A stretch of 64,000 nt of DNA from assembly GCA_013239625.1 (NCBI GenBank), contig MU053493.1, positions 1,125,793 through 1,189,792 of the forward strand, in the 5' to 3' direction. Source of the stretch: Lama guanicoe. Lineage: Eukaryota. The notes under the pieces are model-generated. The model had not been told where the DNA came from and searched no databases. It saw nothing but the letters and a program-made list of their open reading frames with translations. The position numbers and the translations under genes were made by a program. Shown in pieces: positions 25,888-37,252 of this stretch. Numbering within the stretch: the stretch's first letter is position 1; the number at the start of each line of letters is the position of its first letter.

Positions 25888-28800
25888 AAATTTATAAAAC
25901 TGTCCCAGGCTAACTAAGAAAAAAAGAAATTGGACACAGTTTACCAATATCAGAAATGGAAAAGGATTCATCCCTTCTGACTTCATGAATTCGAGAAAAA
26001 ATTACCCACCAATTTGAATATTAGAAGAAATGGACCAATCCTTTGAAATACACAGCTATCAAAATGTATGCAAGAACAAACAGGTAACATAATATGCCCA
26101 TATCAATAAAAATAAACTCATTCTATGAAGCCAGCATTGCCCCAGTATCAGAACAAGATAAAGGTTTACCAGGAAAGGAAAATTACAAACCAGTATCTCT
26201 CATAAACATAAATGTAAAACTCTTCAACACTACATTAGCAAACTGAATCCAGCAACGTATAAAACAAATATAAACCAGGACCAAGTGTAGTTTATCCTGG
26301 GTATGCAAGGATGCTCAACGTTCTAAAATCAAACAAGTAATCCGTCATACCAACAGGCCAAAGAAGAACCACACAGTCATATCAATAGATGCAGAGAAAG
26401 CATCTGGCAAAATTCACATCCATTCATTTAAAAAAGAAAACTCTCAGTAAACTAGGAATAGAGAGGGACTTGCTCAGTTTAATGAAGAATAGGCACCAAA
26501 TCCTACAGCTGACATCATACCTGATGGTGAGGAGCTTCCTCCTATAATGAGGAACGAGGCAAGGACATCCTCGCTTATCACTCCTAGTCCACACAATACT
26601 GGAATTCCTAGCTAGTTCAATAAGATAAAATAAGAAAGCATATGCAGATTGCAAAGAAAGAAATAAAACTGTCTCTATTAGTAGATGGCAATATTCTAGT
26701 AGGAAATTCCAAAGAATCCTCAAAAACATTCCTGAAGCAAGTACAGCAAGGTTGCAAGACACATGGTTAATATAAATAAAATAAAATAAAAGCCAATGGC
26801 TTTCCTATATTCCAGCAGTGAACCACTGAAATTAGAAATTAAAAACAGTATCATTTATAGTAGCTCCATAAAATAAAATACTTACATGTAATTCTAATAA
26901 AATATGTATGGGACTTCTATAGAAAATTATAAAATATTGCTGAAAACTTCAAAGCAGATTTAATTAAATGGAGAGTTATTTCATATTCACAGATTGGATG
27001 ACTCAATATTGTTAATATGTAAATTCTTCCAAATTTAATCTACAGATTCAGTGGAATCCCAATCAAAATCCATACAAGCTATTTTATAGCTATCTATAAA
27101 TTGATTCTGAAGTTTATATGAAAAGACAGAAAAATTCAAATAGCAAACACAGTACTACAATGAACAGATGGAAGAATGACATTATCCAACATGAAGACTC
27201 ACTCAAAGCTATAGCACTCAACACAGTGATATTATTGGTCAAAGAATGGACACGGGGATCAGTGCAACAGAACAGACCAACACAAATACGGTCAATTGGT
27301 CTTTGACAAAGGACCAAAGGCAATTCAATGGGGAAAGGATTTTTTTTTTCCAAAAAGTAATGATGGAACACTGAACATTTACATGTCAAAAAAAAAAAGA
27401 ATCTTGACACACATAGACATACACCAAAATTTAAAAATGAATCATAGACCTAAATGTAAAATATAAAACTTCAAGAAGAAAAGGTAGATTTAAATCTATA
27501 TAATATTGGGTTTGGTAATGTTTTCAATATAATATCAAAATTATGATCCCTAAAAGAAAAAATATGCCAAGGTAGACTTAACTGAGGTTAAATACTTCTG
27601 CTCTGCAAAAGACTGTCAAGAGAATGAAAAGACAAGCCTCATACTGACAGTAAATAGTTGCAAAACACCTATCATATAAAGTACTTCTATCTAAAATATA
27701 CAAAGAACTCTTAAAACTCAACAAGACCCAATTTAAAAATGGGCAAAAAAAAGTGTACAAACATCTCGCCAGAGAAGATACACAGATAGCTAATAAGCAA
27801 ATGAAGTGATGCCAGACATTATTTTTCATTAGGCAACTGAAAATTAGAGCAACAATTAAATCTCTCCACACCAATGAGAATGTCTAATATATAGCAAATA
27901 TCAAGTTCTGGCAAGGATTCAGGAGAGTGGGACTCTCATACACTGCTGGTGGTTATGAAAATGGTGTCGACACCCTGGAAAACTGTTTTTAGGGTTCCTA
28001 TAACGTTAAACAAATTTACCAAAAGATCTACCACTGGCACTCCAACGTATTGACCCAACTAATTTGAAAACTTGTTCATCCAAAGTTCTGCATGCAACTG
28101 TTTGTAGAACACCTATTCACAATCACCCCTAAATGGAAATCTTCAATGGATGAATAAACTAAATACGGTACAAATAATGGGATAGTATCCAATAATAAAA
28201 ACAACCATTAATACCAACAACATTGGTGAATCTCAAAGGCATACTGGTGAATGAACAAAGTCAGTTTCATCATGCTGCAAAGTGCCTAATTCTAAGTAGA
28301 CAACATTACGAAAAAGACAAATACAGCAATGGAGAATCTATCGGTGGTTGCCATATGTCAGAACATACTAGGATTTGGGGAAGGTGTGGCTATGAAAGGG
28401 CAACAAGAGTGAGTTCTTTGGGTGATGCATCCTAGCTGTGCTGATGGTTACACAGATACAAATGTTTGAAAATTCACAGGACTGTATATCCAAGAAAATT
28501 AAAACTCAGTTTTACCGGATATTAATTTAAGAAGTCAAATAAATTACTAAGCATAGTGTATATACACATACAATGTTTAAAACCAATCAGAAGTCCTAAG
28601 CTAAGAGTGTAACAACGATTGCCAAGAAACGCATGAGAAGAGTATTAGTAATCTGCAATATAACCTGGGAAAGTGGGGCTCTGTTACACCGAGAGGGTAA
28701 TGTGAGAGGGGGCAGAAAGCAGTGAGCAGGCCTGGGTATCAGCGAGAAGTGGTGGCACGCAAAAGTATTCAGAGGAAGGCAAGAAATGGGGAAAGGTCAG

Positions 28801-29185
28801 AGAACCCGTTTAAGAGGTAAAAGGACCTACTTGGATTAGGTGTGATGCCCTGGCCCCGAAGCAGGGCTTGGAAATGGAGCCGAGACAGAATGGGTCGGAA
28901 AAAGTTTGGGGTGCTTAGGAAGAAAGAGTGAGCAGGAAGGAAGAAATGGTAAAGGTGCGAGGCAGGCAAACGAGCAAAGGCAGGTTATTTAAGCAGCACT
29001 TCCTGAGGTCCGGGAGGCAGGTGCCAAGAGGCACCTGAAAGGGCGAGCGCGGGAGCCTGGGAGCGCGGGTGCGGAGACGCGCGCGAGGGCTGCCCCGCGC
29101 TCTCTACCGGGATCGGGTCGGCGGCGCGGGCGGCGGTCGCGAGTACGCGCGCTCGGAGGCCGGCGGGGCGGGGGCGGGGCGCGCG

Positions 29186-29222
29186 NNNNNNNNNNNNNNN
29201 NNNNNNNNNNNNNNNNNNNNNN
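29186..29222. other. Assembly gap (37 N)
   Basis: Run of N in the most GC-rich part of the promoter. Confidence 1.
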
Positions 29223-29237
29223 CGCAGCTGCTGCCGG

Positions 29238-29245
29238 TGACGTCA
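29238..29245. promoter_or_regulatory. Full palindromic CRE (TGACGTCA), candidate CREB/ATF site
   Basis: Exact TGACGTCA inside the CpG island, just downstream of the GC boxes. Confidence 0.7.
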
Positions 29246-29249
29246 GGGG

Positions 29250-29527
29250 CCGCGCGCGCCGGGCGGCTGCGGGCGGAGCCGGGAGGCGGGCGCTGCGCGC
29301 GGCCGCGGGCGGAGCGGAGGGTCGCGAGGGGCGGAGCGGAGCGCGGGAGGAGGCGGGGGAGGAGAGGCCCCCGGACCGCGAGCGGCAGCTGGGGAGGGGG
29401 CCGCGGAGCCGGAGCGCCAGCGAACAGCTGATCTGGTTTTCCTGTAAAGCGAGAGAAAATGGAAGTCGGGTAGCGGCGACTGCGGCGCTGCGGGCTGGCC
29501 GAGCGGAGCGGCGCGGCGGCGCGGCAG
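29250..29527 (+). other. Probable non-coding first exon (5' UTR) of an unidentified gene; start approximate
   Basis: Strong donor GCAG|GTGAGA (GT at 29528-29529) within the CpG island. The only ATG in this interval opens a 4-codon ORF. No recognisable coding exon follows in the next 34 kb. Confidence 0.65.
29459..29473 (+). other. Upstream ORF M-E-V-G-stop
   Basis: AAA ATG GAA GTC GGG TAG; A at -3 and G at +4 give a strong Kozak context. Confidence 0.55.
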
Positions 29528-31993
29528 GTGAGACGGCGCTGGCCGCGGTGCTGCCGGCGGCGGTGGGGCCGGGGCCGGGGACCCGGCAGGTGCGCCGTCC
29601 GAGCGCGGCGCCAGATCCCTCCGCGGCTTCGCGGCGAAGCAGGTGGGCGCAGAGGCCGGGCAGCCCCGGGCCCGGGGCGCGGGGGCGCAGGGGTCGCGGG
29701 CCCGGCGCGGGGCTCGCTGGCGCTTCTGCATTGCGGGCTCCTCTCTGGACCCCGCGGGCGCCGCGGCCACCGGCTCCGGCTTGGCGCCCGGCGCGTCTCC
29801 GGGGCAGGGCGCGGCGCTCCCGCTGGGTCGCGGACGCTGTCTTCGCCGGGCCCCTGAGCTGTCTGCTCTGGAGCGTGATGACAGGCGTGGGGACACCGGC
29901 CCCTCGGTCCGTGTGGGCGCGCAGGGGGTCCCGGGCCGCCGACAGACTCCCAGGCACGGCCCAGCAGCAGCGCGTGAGGCCGCCGGCCGGATGCCTGGGC
30001 TGTGGCTGCGTGGGCCAGAGCGGCCCGGTGCACCGCTCGCTCGTTCCACTGGTCTGGCTGGACAGCAGGAGAACCGTTAATGCAATTTGGCTGTGAACCC
30101 GGAGGCCTTCCCTAGTATCTTCTCACAGAGGGAGGAAAAAATTGCATCTGCTGTGCTTTCGGTGCTCCTTTAAATTCGGGAGATGTCAGTGATGTCATCA
30201 TTAACAAAAACTTTCCTTCATTGGACACGACCGCTCAAGTGCACCCTCCTCCCCGTGCAGCTTTCGCAGCCCTTGGAGAATCTTTGCAACAGAACGGATT
30301 TGCCTTTGCTCTCTGAACTCGACAGCCTTACGTAGGTGAAAACGTTTTTTATGTTGATTTCTTGGCTTAGGAGTTAATAGATTTGAGAGTGGCGGTCGGG
30401 AAACTTGTTAGATCCCCACGGATCTGGGAATCACTTCATGCACATGACAAGGATCCAGGGGAGAGTCATACCTGACACTTACAGGGTGGTTTCCTGGTTT
30501 TATCTTTACAAAGGAGCGTGCATGAGCTGGGAGACGAAAAATGTAAAAAGATACTATATTTGAGGTGGCAGATGTTGTGTTCAGGGAAAGGTAGATGGTG
30601 TGGCCTAAATCTTTACAAGCCTTGATTGCTTCCGGAAAATCTATAGGTCTCCTTCCTCTCCATTACCACCACCACTAGAATGGGTCTGAGAGCAGCCTGT
30701 CCCGGAGGTGACAGCTTCTCTGGGGACCCCCTGTCTTTCCTTTCTATAGCAGCTGTGCTGCCCACCAGCCTCCACGGCCAAGTCCAACACCTGAAAAGGG
30801 TGGGAAACGTGCAGAGGCCAAGACCTACCTGGACAGCCCACAAAGTTCTGGGGGGATTTTCCCCCCTAAGTATGAGCACTTTGCCATCATTATTGCATGT
30901 GTGAGTTCCATTATGACCGACTGTTACGGGAACAAAAGTAAGCAACTTCCCAAGACAGTGTGCACATCTATTTAAGTCTATCATATTGAAAGGATATTCA
31001 ATAAAGGACCAAAATATTGACATCGTTGTATTTAACAATGAATGACTACTCTGAATTGGTTCAGATAAGCATGTCTTAAATTATTAGTGTGGTCCTATTG
31101 GGTCTGTAAGGAATTTAATAGCATATGCCATGCAGAAGTTTGAGTCTGATGAGGAAGGGGATGCTCTGGAACCCTGAATTTGTATAGAGAAAATGGAGAT
31201 GCAGTGCTTCACCTTAAGCCGTAGTAACATCCTGGGTGGCAGGGGATGGAAACCATTGCATTGTGGAGGCTTGCCACGTGTAGGGCTCAGCGTGGATCCT
31301 GGGTGGCAGGTGTCCCCTTCAGAAGTAGTTGCAGAGGCCCTCAGCCTGGGTGGAGGCCAGCAGTAGCGTCGCGGAAAAGCCGAACTGTCTGTTCTCACCT
31401 TGTGGAGAGGGGGAGGGGCACATCCCTCTGAAGCCAGCGTTATGTTCATGGCTGAAGGTGCCGTATTTATTCATCGTGGCAAAGCTGGATGAGACAGGAA
31501 GCCTTCTAGCAGAATTGCCTCCAAATGTGCATCTTTTTGGTGACTCTGCCCCGGCTGATTTAGAACTTGACCTTTTAAGTCATGGCTGCGATTTTCTATA
31601 ATTGAAGTGGTCTCAGTAGAATGGAAATTGGTTTTTAAGGCTCTGGGCTATGAGCTGTTTAGAAATTGGGTCTCTGAAACCACTCTGGCCACATATCCAT
31701 TTTTTTTTCACCTGTAGACCTGTGAAAGCATTCACCATCAGGTTTTTGATTTAACTCACGGTAGGACTTGAGAAAATACACGTGCAAGTGTTTCCACCAA
31801 AGCCGTAGGTATTAGCCACTTGTTTCCTAAAACATTTCTAAAACAGTCACTTTAAAGCCCCTTCATCCCCCTTTTTATCTCCCATTTTAAGACGCCAAAA
31901 TTGCCTTGGCTTCTCTTTTTGTTCACTTTGGATCTTGAGGTCATTTAGTTCGTGTCTTCGGCCCAGAGAATAAAGGCTGAGTCAGCTCCCGCT

Positions 31994-32012
31994 GGGCCAG
32001 CAGGGGGCGTGC
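31994..32012 (+). promoter_or_regulatory. Candidate CTCF site
   Basis: GGGCCAGCAGGGGGCGTGC matches the CTCF core CCASYAGRKGGCR and sits in a locally CpG-retaining patch. Confidence 0.55.
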
Positions 32013-34455
32013 TAATCGCGTCTTGGCGGGGCCTCTACCTGAGCCACCTTGGGAAAGGATGGAGGACCGCCAGATTGAGGGTGTGTGCTTGTAGTGTGTG
32101 CGCCGTGCCTCGGTGTGCTCAATCGCCCAGGGATGGAAACTGAAGGAAGGGCTTACTTTGAATAGCCAGAGGTTGTGGCTTCCAGAATGTGGGCCTCCCT
32201 CCAGGGGCAGAGAGATTGCTCTCATGGCTCCAAGTCTTTGGAGAGTGATGCTTGGTCCTGGTCTGAAGATTCAGTGCCCCCTTGGACTGCAGAAGGGAGA
32301 GTGCTTGTTTGGGGAGGAGCAGCTTGGCCTCCTGGAACTCCCTACCTGCATCTTGGTCCTGGGAAGGGCAGGACGGTGCCAGCCAGGGCAGCCAGTGGAA
32401 ATGCCACCCACCCCGACAATGTTTTCTCTTGGGTTTGACAACTATTGACTTAAACCCCGGGACTCTGTGTCCATGGCATATCCCAGGGGGTTGATTTGCC
32501 TGCCTTGCCAGGGTTATTGGCCTCAGGGATTCTCTGATGGAGAAAAGCAAATGTTTAATCACTGTACGTTTCTTGGCCCGAAGAAAATGAAAGCAGGAGA
32601 ACAGAGCTTTTCACTTCAAGGTGCTGAATCTGACTTTACGTGTGGGCCATGTTATTCATCAGCAAGTTCCCAGTGAGTCTAGAGAGGCATGGAAGATCAT
32701 CTTGCCAAGCTGTCAGGGGGATGTCCCAGGGCTTGGATGACCGTTGAAGCATCTGGTTGGGGTACTGAAAGCCAGAGACTCTTCTGTCCTCCCCAGGCCC
32801 CTCGTGGCACCCACATGCTGTTCAGTACAACACACCTTGAAGCAAATAGGTTCTAACAGACTGCTGTCAAATGCTGTGATTGGATGTTTCTTTATACTTC
32901 CTTCTTAGTCTGTCAACAGTGCATGTAAAATCCAACTATTGATGTCAAAGGGGCAAACGGAAATGATATTTCAGCTTCATGCCTCACTCGGAGCGTGGAC
33001 GATGGGGGATGGGCCCTTCGATTGAAAAGCAGGTGACATCTGATCCTTTTGGAAGCTGTCCATCCCTGAGGACGATCACGGGATCTCCTCCTCAGAGGGA
33101 ACCCTGAGAACCACAGGCATTTATTTAAAAGGAAGCAGAACAGGCTGGTTCCTTGTTACAGGATAGCTTATTTGGAAATATTTTACCCTTGAAACTTGGA
33201 AGAAGCATTTCATTTGCCCTTGGTAGACTGCTGCTCCCCCTAAGCATCCTGTATGTCAGACCAAGAATAAGATGATTTAATACAGATGTGACAGCGCAGG
33301 GGAGGGGCTGTTTTCTCCATCCTTGGGGGATGGACTTCTTTATCATTCATAGTAACAGACAGAATAAATAGGTTGAAGGAAAATTCTGAAAATGAGAGAG
33401 TGCCTGACACTGCCTTATTACCTGTGGAGGTGTGTTTATCTGACTGGTTTGCACACAGTATCTCTTTGGCATGGGGAACAGTGGTAAAAACTGGGTTTCG
33501 GATGGAGTAGACCCTAAATATCCCCCTGCACCCGTCACAGCCAGCTGCCCTGGACAAGGCGTGGCTCCATCAAACCCTAGTGCTTGGTGTTGCAGAGTCC
33601 TGCTGCCCACCACCTCACGTGCTGAGAAGTCACACGTACAGTGATGCTAACCCAAGTTCTAAATACATCTCTCTTGGTTTAAGCAGATAAGTCTAAAGTA
33701 AATGCATTTTCTGAGCTTGAAGGATTTTGAGTTTCTCCTCCCAAAGAAGTATTTCCTGTTTGAGCTCCTGTTTATTCTTACAGTTTTCCTTCTCAGCAGT
33801 AATAATTTTATGGACTATAAAAGAAAACCTCTGAAATCCATTTTTCATTCTGTTGTTTGATTAGATCACCACAGGGTTTCACATGGGGCTGGGTCTAGGG
33901 CTGGGGATGGGTGTGAACAGACCGCCCACCCATCCTGCAGTGAGATCAAGTTTCTCAGTTACTGAGGTGAGTTTAGGAGCTCACCCCAGAGAAGGCGGCT
34001 GTGTGGAGCTGGAGCAGATATCCCAGTGCTGTCCCTGTCTGCTTGGGCCTTGTCACTACTGTGGAGACCCCAGCTCCGCTGCCCCTGGGGCTGACACACC
34101 CATGATTCACCCAGATCACCTCTGTGGTTCAATTTTAGAAACTATTTATGACATGGGCTCTGGCACATGAAGGCTATGGAGGAGACCATACAATGGACTA
34201 CATTCCTGGGACACGATGTGTCTCTTGTCCCACAGGCAACCCTACCCCAGAGGTTGAGTTGATACCCTTTTGTCTTCGAGATCCAAAAACTATGGTTCCA
34301 ATCCATTTCTCCCATAGTTCCTCTAATGATGATTTGAGGCTTGGAGAATACATGTATTATTGAAGTAGGGGGCAACACATTTGCATGTGTAACTTTTTGT
34401 GTATTGAAAAAAAATTGTTCAGCATCCAAGATATACATCGTTAACTTTTTCTTTT

Positions 34456-34583
34456 TTGGGGGCAGGGGAGAGGAGGTAATTAGATTGATTGATTGATTGA
34501 TTGATTTAATGGAGGTGGGGGATTGAACCCAGGACCTTGGGCATGCTAAGCACTTGCTCTATCACCTAGCTATATCCTCCTCC
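34456..34583 (-). mobile_element. Vic-1-type SINE (antisense) with (GATT)n
   Basis: GGGATTGAACCCAGGACCTTGGGCATGCTAAGC; TSD TTAACTTYTTCTTTT. Confidence 0.85.
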
Positions 34584-35790
34584 TTAACTTCTTCTTTTTA
34601 AAATACATTGGTTGTAATATTTGTTGTGCCAGTCTTTTAAACAATGTCATGCTGTCTCTTGAAAGCCTCATCCCTGAACGGGGAAAACAAAATGGATGAA
34701 TAGCCAGCCAACTTGAACAGGGTGACCAGCTGTGTGACCTTGGGTGCAGTCCAAGAGGAGATACCTTCTGTGGTCTTCCTGTAGGTTTTGGGGGAGGAGC
34801 AGGTGAGAGAGGGTGAAGTGAATTCTTAAATTCTAAAGAGATTCATCATGCCAACCACAGGAACTGGAGGCAGGGTGTGCCCATCTCACCACCAGCCCAG
34901 TTTCTCTCCCTTGTCAATTGTTGCATTTACAGTTTTCACCTGCAACTCAAGGCGTAGCTTAGATGGATTTGCTGTAACTTTTTTTTGTAGAGGAAGCAGG
35001 AGGCCTGGGTCAGCAGGGTGAAGGGCCTTCTCTGGCTTGGTGATTCTTGTAGTTTATCCAGAATGGTCAGGCAGCTCTGTTAAAACACGCTAAAGGAAGT
35101 TTCTCCAAATCAGGGTAGACATCAGACCCCTGAGAATCAGGCTGTGTCTCCCACGTCTTGGGTGCTGCTGGGCATGTGACTTCCAGGCCCCCAAGGGCTC
35201 ATGGGATGGGATCGTTACAGAATACATTTTCTTACTCTTGGCGTTGATGAAAAACTAGTCTCTTTCATGGACAACGGGGAAGGGGAAGTGAGGGATGAAG
35301 GAGAGGAAAGGAAAAAACATTCCAAAGGTGGGGTCCCACCAGTCGCATGTCATTGAGGGTCCTATCAGCATAGGTAGTCCAGGCGTTGACCCCAGGGGGA
35401 GGTGTGTGTTCGGCCCAGGGAGTCTACACTGCTCTCCCCACCCTAAGAGGGCCCCCTTGCAGGGCCAGCTGCTGTTCCCAGAGCGAGTCTTTGGGCCCTG
35501 AGACCCTGGGGCATACCTTTGTCATCGGCATCGGCGTTGACTGTGGTGAAGGGCACAGGCGTCTCTGTGCCTCCTCCAGGACGCTGCAGGCCCGCTTGAG
35601 AGGAAGTGGCTCTTTTGCAAGCCCTGTCGCTTAAGAGGTTGCATGAAAGCTCCGTGGCTGCCTGTTTCACTTGGCACCATGTGTGCACGGTTATCAGTAG
35701 ACAAATCGAAAAGCGGAACCGGATCTCTTGGGATCCTGTGGACAGGAATTGCGAGAATGGGTTGTACTTCATGTCAACATGTCTCTCTTT

Positions 35791-36299
35791 GTTTTTATTG
35801 AAGTATAATTGGTTTACAATGTTGTGTTAATTTCTGGTGTATGGCATAGTGATTCAGTTATATATATATTATTTTTCAGATTTTTTTTTCATTATAGATT
35901 ACTACAAGATAATGACTATAGTTCCCTATGCTGTAGAGTAGGACCTTGTTGTTTATCTATTTTATATATAGTAGTTAGTATCTGCTAATCCCAAACATTT
36001 AATTTATCCCTGCCCCATTCCCTTCCCCCGCTGGTAACCACAGGTTTGTTTTCTGTGTCTATGAGTCTGTTTCTGTTTTGTAAATAAGTTAAGTTGTCTC
36101 ATTTTTTAAGACTCCACATGTAAGTGATATCCTATGGTATTTGTCTTTCTCTTTCTGGCTTACTTCACTTAGAATGATGATCTCCGGGTCCATCCATGTT
36201 TGTGCTAATGGCATTATTTCACACTTTTTTATGGCTAAGTAGTATTCCGTTGTATATATAAACCACACCTTCTTTATCCAATCATCTAATCATCTGTGG
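35791..36299 (-). mobile_element. Young L1 3' end (antisense)
   Basis: TTTTATTGAAGTATAATTGGTTTACAATGTTGTG...GGCATTATTTCAC; degenerate CATGTCMACAT repeat on both sides. Confidence 0.9.
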
Positions 36300-36675
36300 C
36301 ATGTCCACATCTCTTGATTATTCCATTGGTGAAGTCTTTCTTGTCTGAGGTGCTGACAGTGAACTGGCTCTTCAGGGCCATCTGGTGTGAAGTGGCTGAC
36401 AGACTCTGGGTTGTCAGGCCTGCCATGTACAGCCTGCGAGCCGCCTCCCCAAGGTTGTCTGCCTGCACTGGCCAAGGTCAGCAGCATTTCTTCAGGTTTC
36501 TTCCACCAAAGTTGACTCACCCCACAGTCTGGAGGGCCCTGTGCACAGCAACGCATTATCACATAGGGTGCTGAAGGCTTTGGGGACTCGGGGGAGGGGG
36601 TGATACGAGCAAGAAATTCCACTGCTTCTCATTTGGGGTTTGTTATAAGAGGACAGTGTGTTGTTACATTTAAAT

Positions 36676-37252
36676 TAGGAGCTATTGTGGAGGTTCCAGA
36701 CCACCACAATACAGTGAGTCACATGAATTTTGGGGTTTCCCAGTGCACATAAAAGTTATGTTGACACTGTACTGTAGCCTATTAAGTGTGTAATAGCATT
36801 ACGTCTAAAAATTTATATGCTTTAGTTTAAATATACTTTATTGCAGGGGGGAGGGTGTAGCTCTGTGGTAGAGCATGTGTCTAGCCAAGCACAAGGTCCT
36901 GGGTTCAATCCCCAGTACCCTCATTTTTAAATAAATAAATAAAACCTAATTACCCCTCCCCAAAGAAATATACAATGCTGTATGTTAATTACACCTAAAT
37001 GAAACTAGAAGGAAAAATTAATTAATTTAATTAAATTTAAAAAATAAATGATGTTATTTTTAAAAGGAAGAAAAAACTAGACATAAACAAATAAAGTAAA
37101 ATTTTAAAAAAGGAAAAATGTATACTTTATTCCTACAAAGTGCTAATTTTCACCTGACAGTGCAGGGCTGTCACAAACCTTCAGTTTATAAAACACGCAG
37201 AATCTAGGAAGCACAATAATAAAGCAAAGGTCACTAAAATGAGATCTGCCTG
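36676..37252 (-). mobile_element. Non-autonomous Tigger1 deletion derivative (Tigger1a-like)
   Basis: Both Tigger1 ends are joined: GGTTCCAGACCACCACAATA...AAAAGTTATG and CACAAACCTTCA...AAATGAGATCTGCCTG. Confidence 0.8.
36846..37120 (+). mobile_element. Vic-1-type SINE with an extended tail, nested in a Tigger1-derived MITE
   Basis: tRNA-like head; TSD TATACTTTATTSC. Confidence 0.85.

Larger units (their letters stand above)
24165..28545 (+). mobile_element. Old L1 (L1MC/MD-like): decayed ORF2 and 3' UTR
   Basis: Remnants of NGLNTSIKRQ, DHILGHKTNL, NSFYEASI, ISIDAEKA and GTRQG motifs. Frameshifted and internally deleted; interrupted by a SINE and a young L1 tail. Confidence 0.9.
29040..30050. 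promoter_or_regulatory. CpG island / TATA-less promoter of a + strand gene
   Basis: About 1 kb of extremely GC- and CpG-rich sequence in a CpG-depleted background. Tandem GC boxes GGGGCGGGGGCGGGGC at 29165-29180, a perfect CRE at 29238 and a downstream splice donor. Confidence 0.95.

Noticed and set aside
29250..29527. Assigning a gene symbol to the CpG-island gene
   Set aside because: No coding exon lies in the window. The architecture (non-coding exon 1, very long intron 1) fits many loci, for example INPP4A, SH3BP4 or NCK2, and I cannot verify any without BLAST.
28989..30096. Long ORFs (up to 322 aa) on both strands in the CpG island
   Set aside because: Ala/Arg/Pro/Gly-rich, overlapping in several frames, mostly non-ATG starts. 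Stop codons are rare at this GC content and no domain is recognisable.
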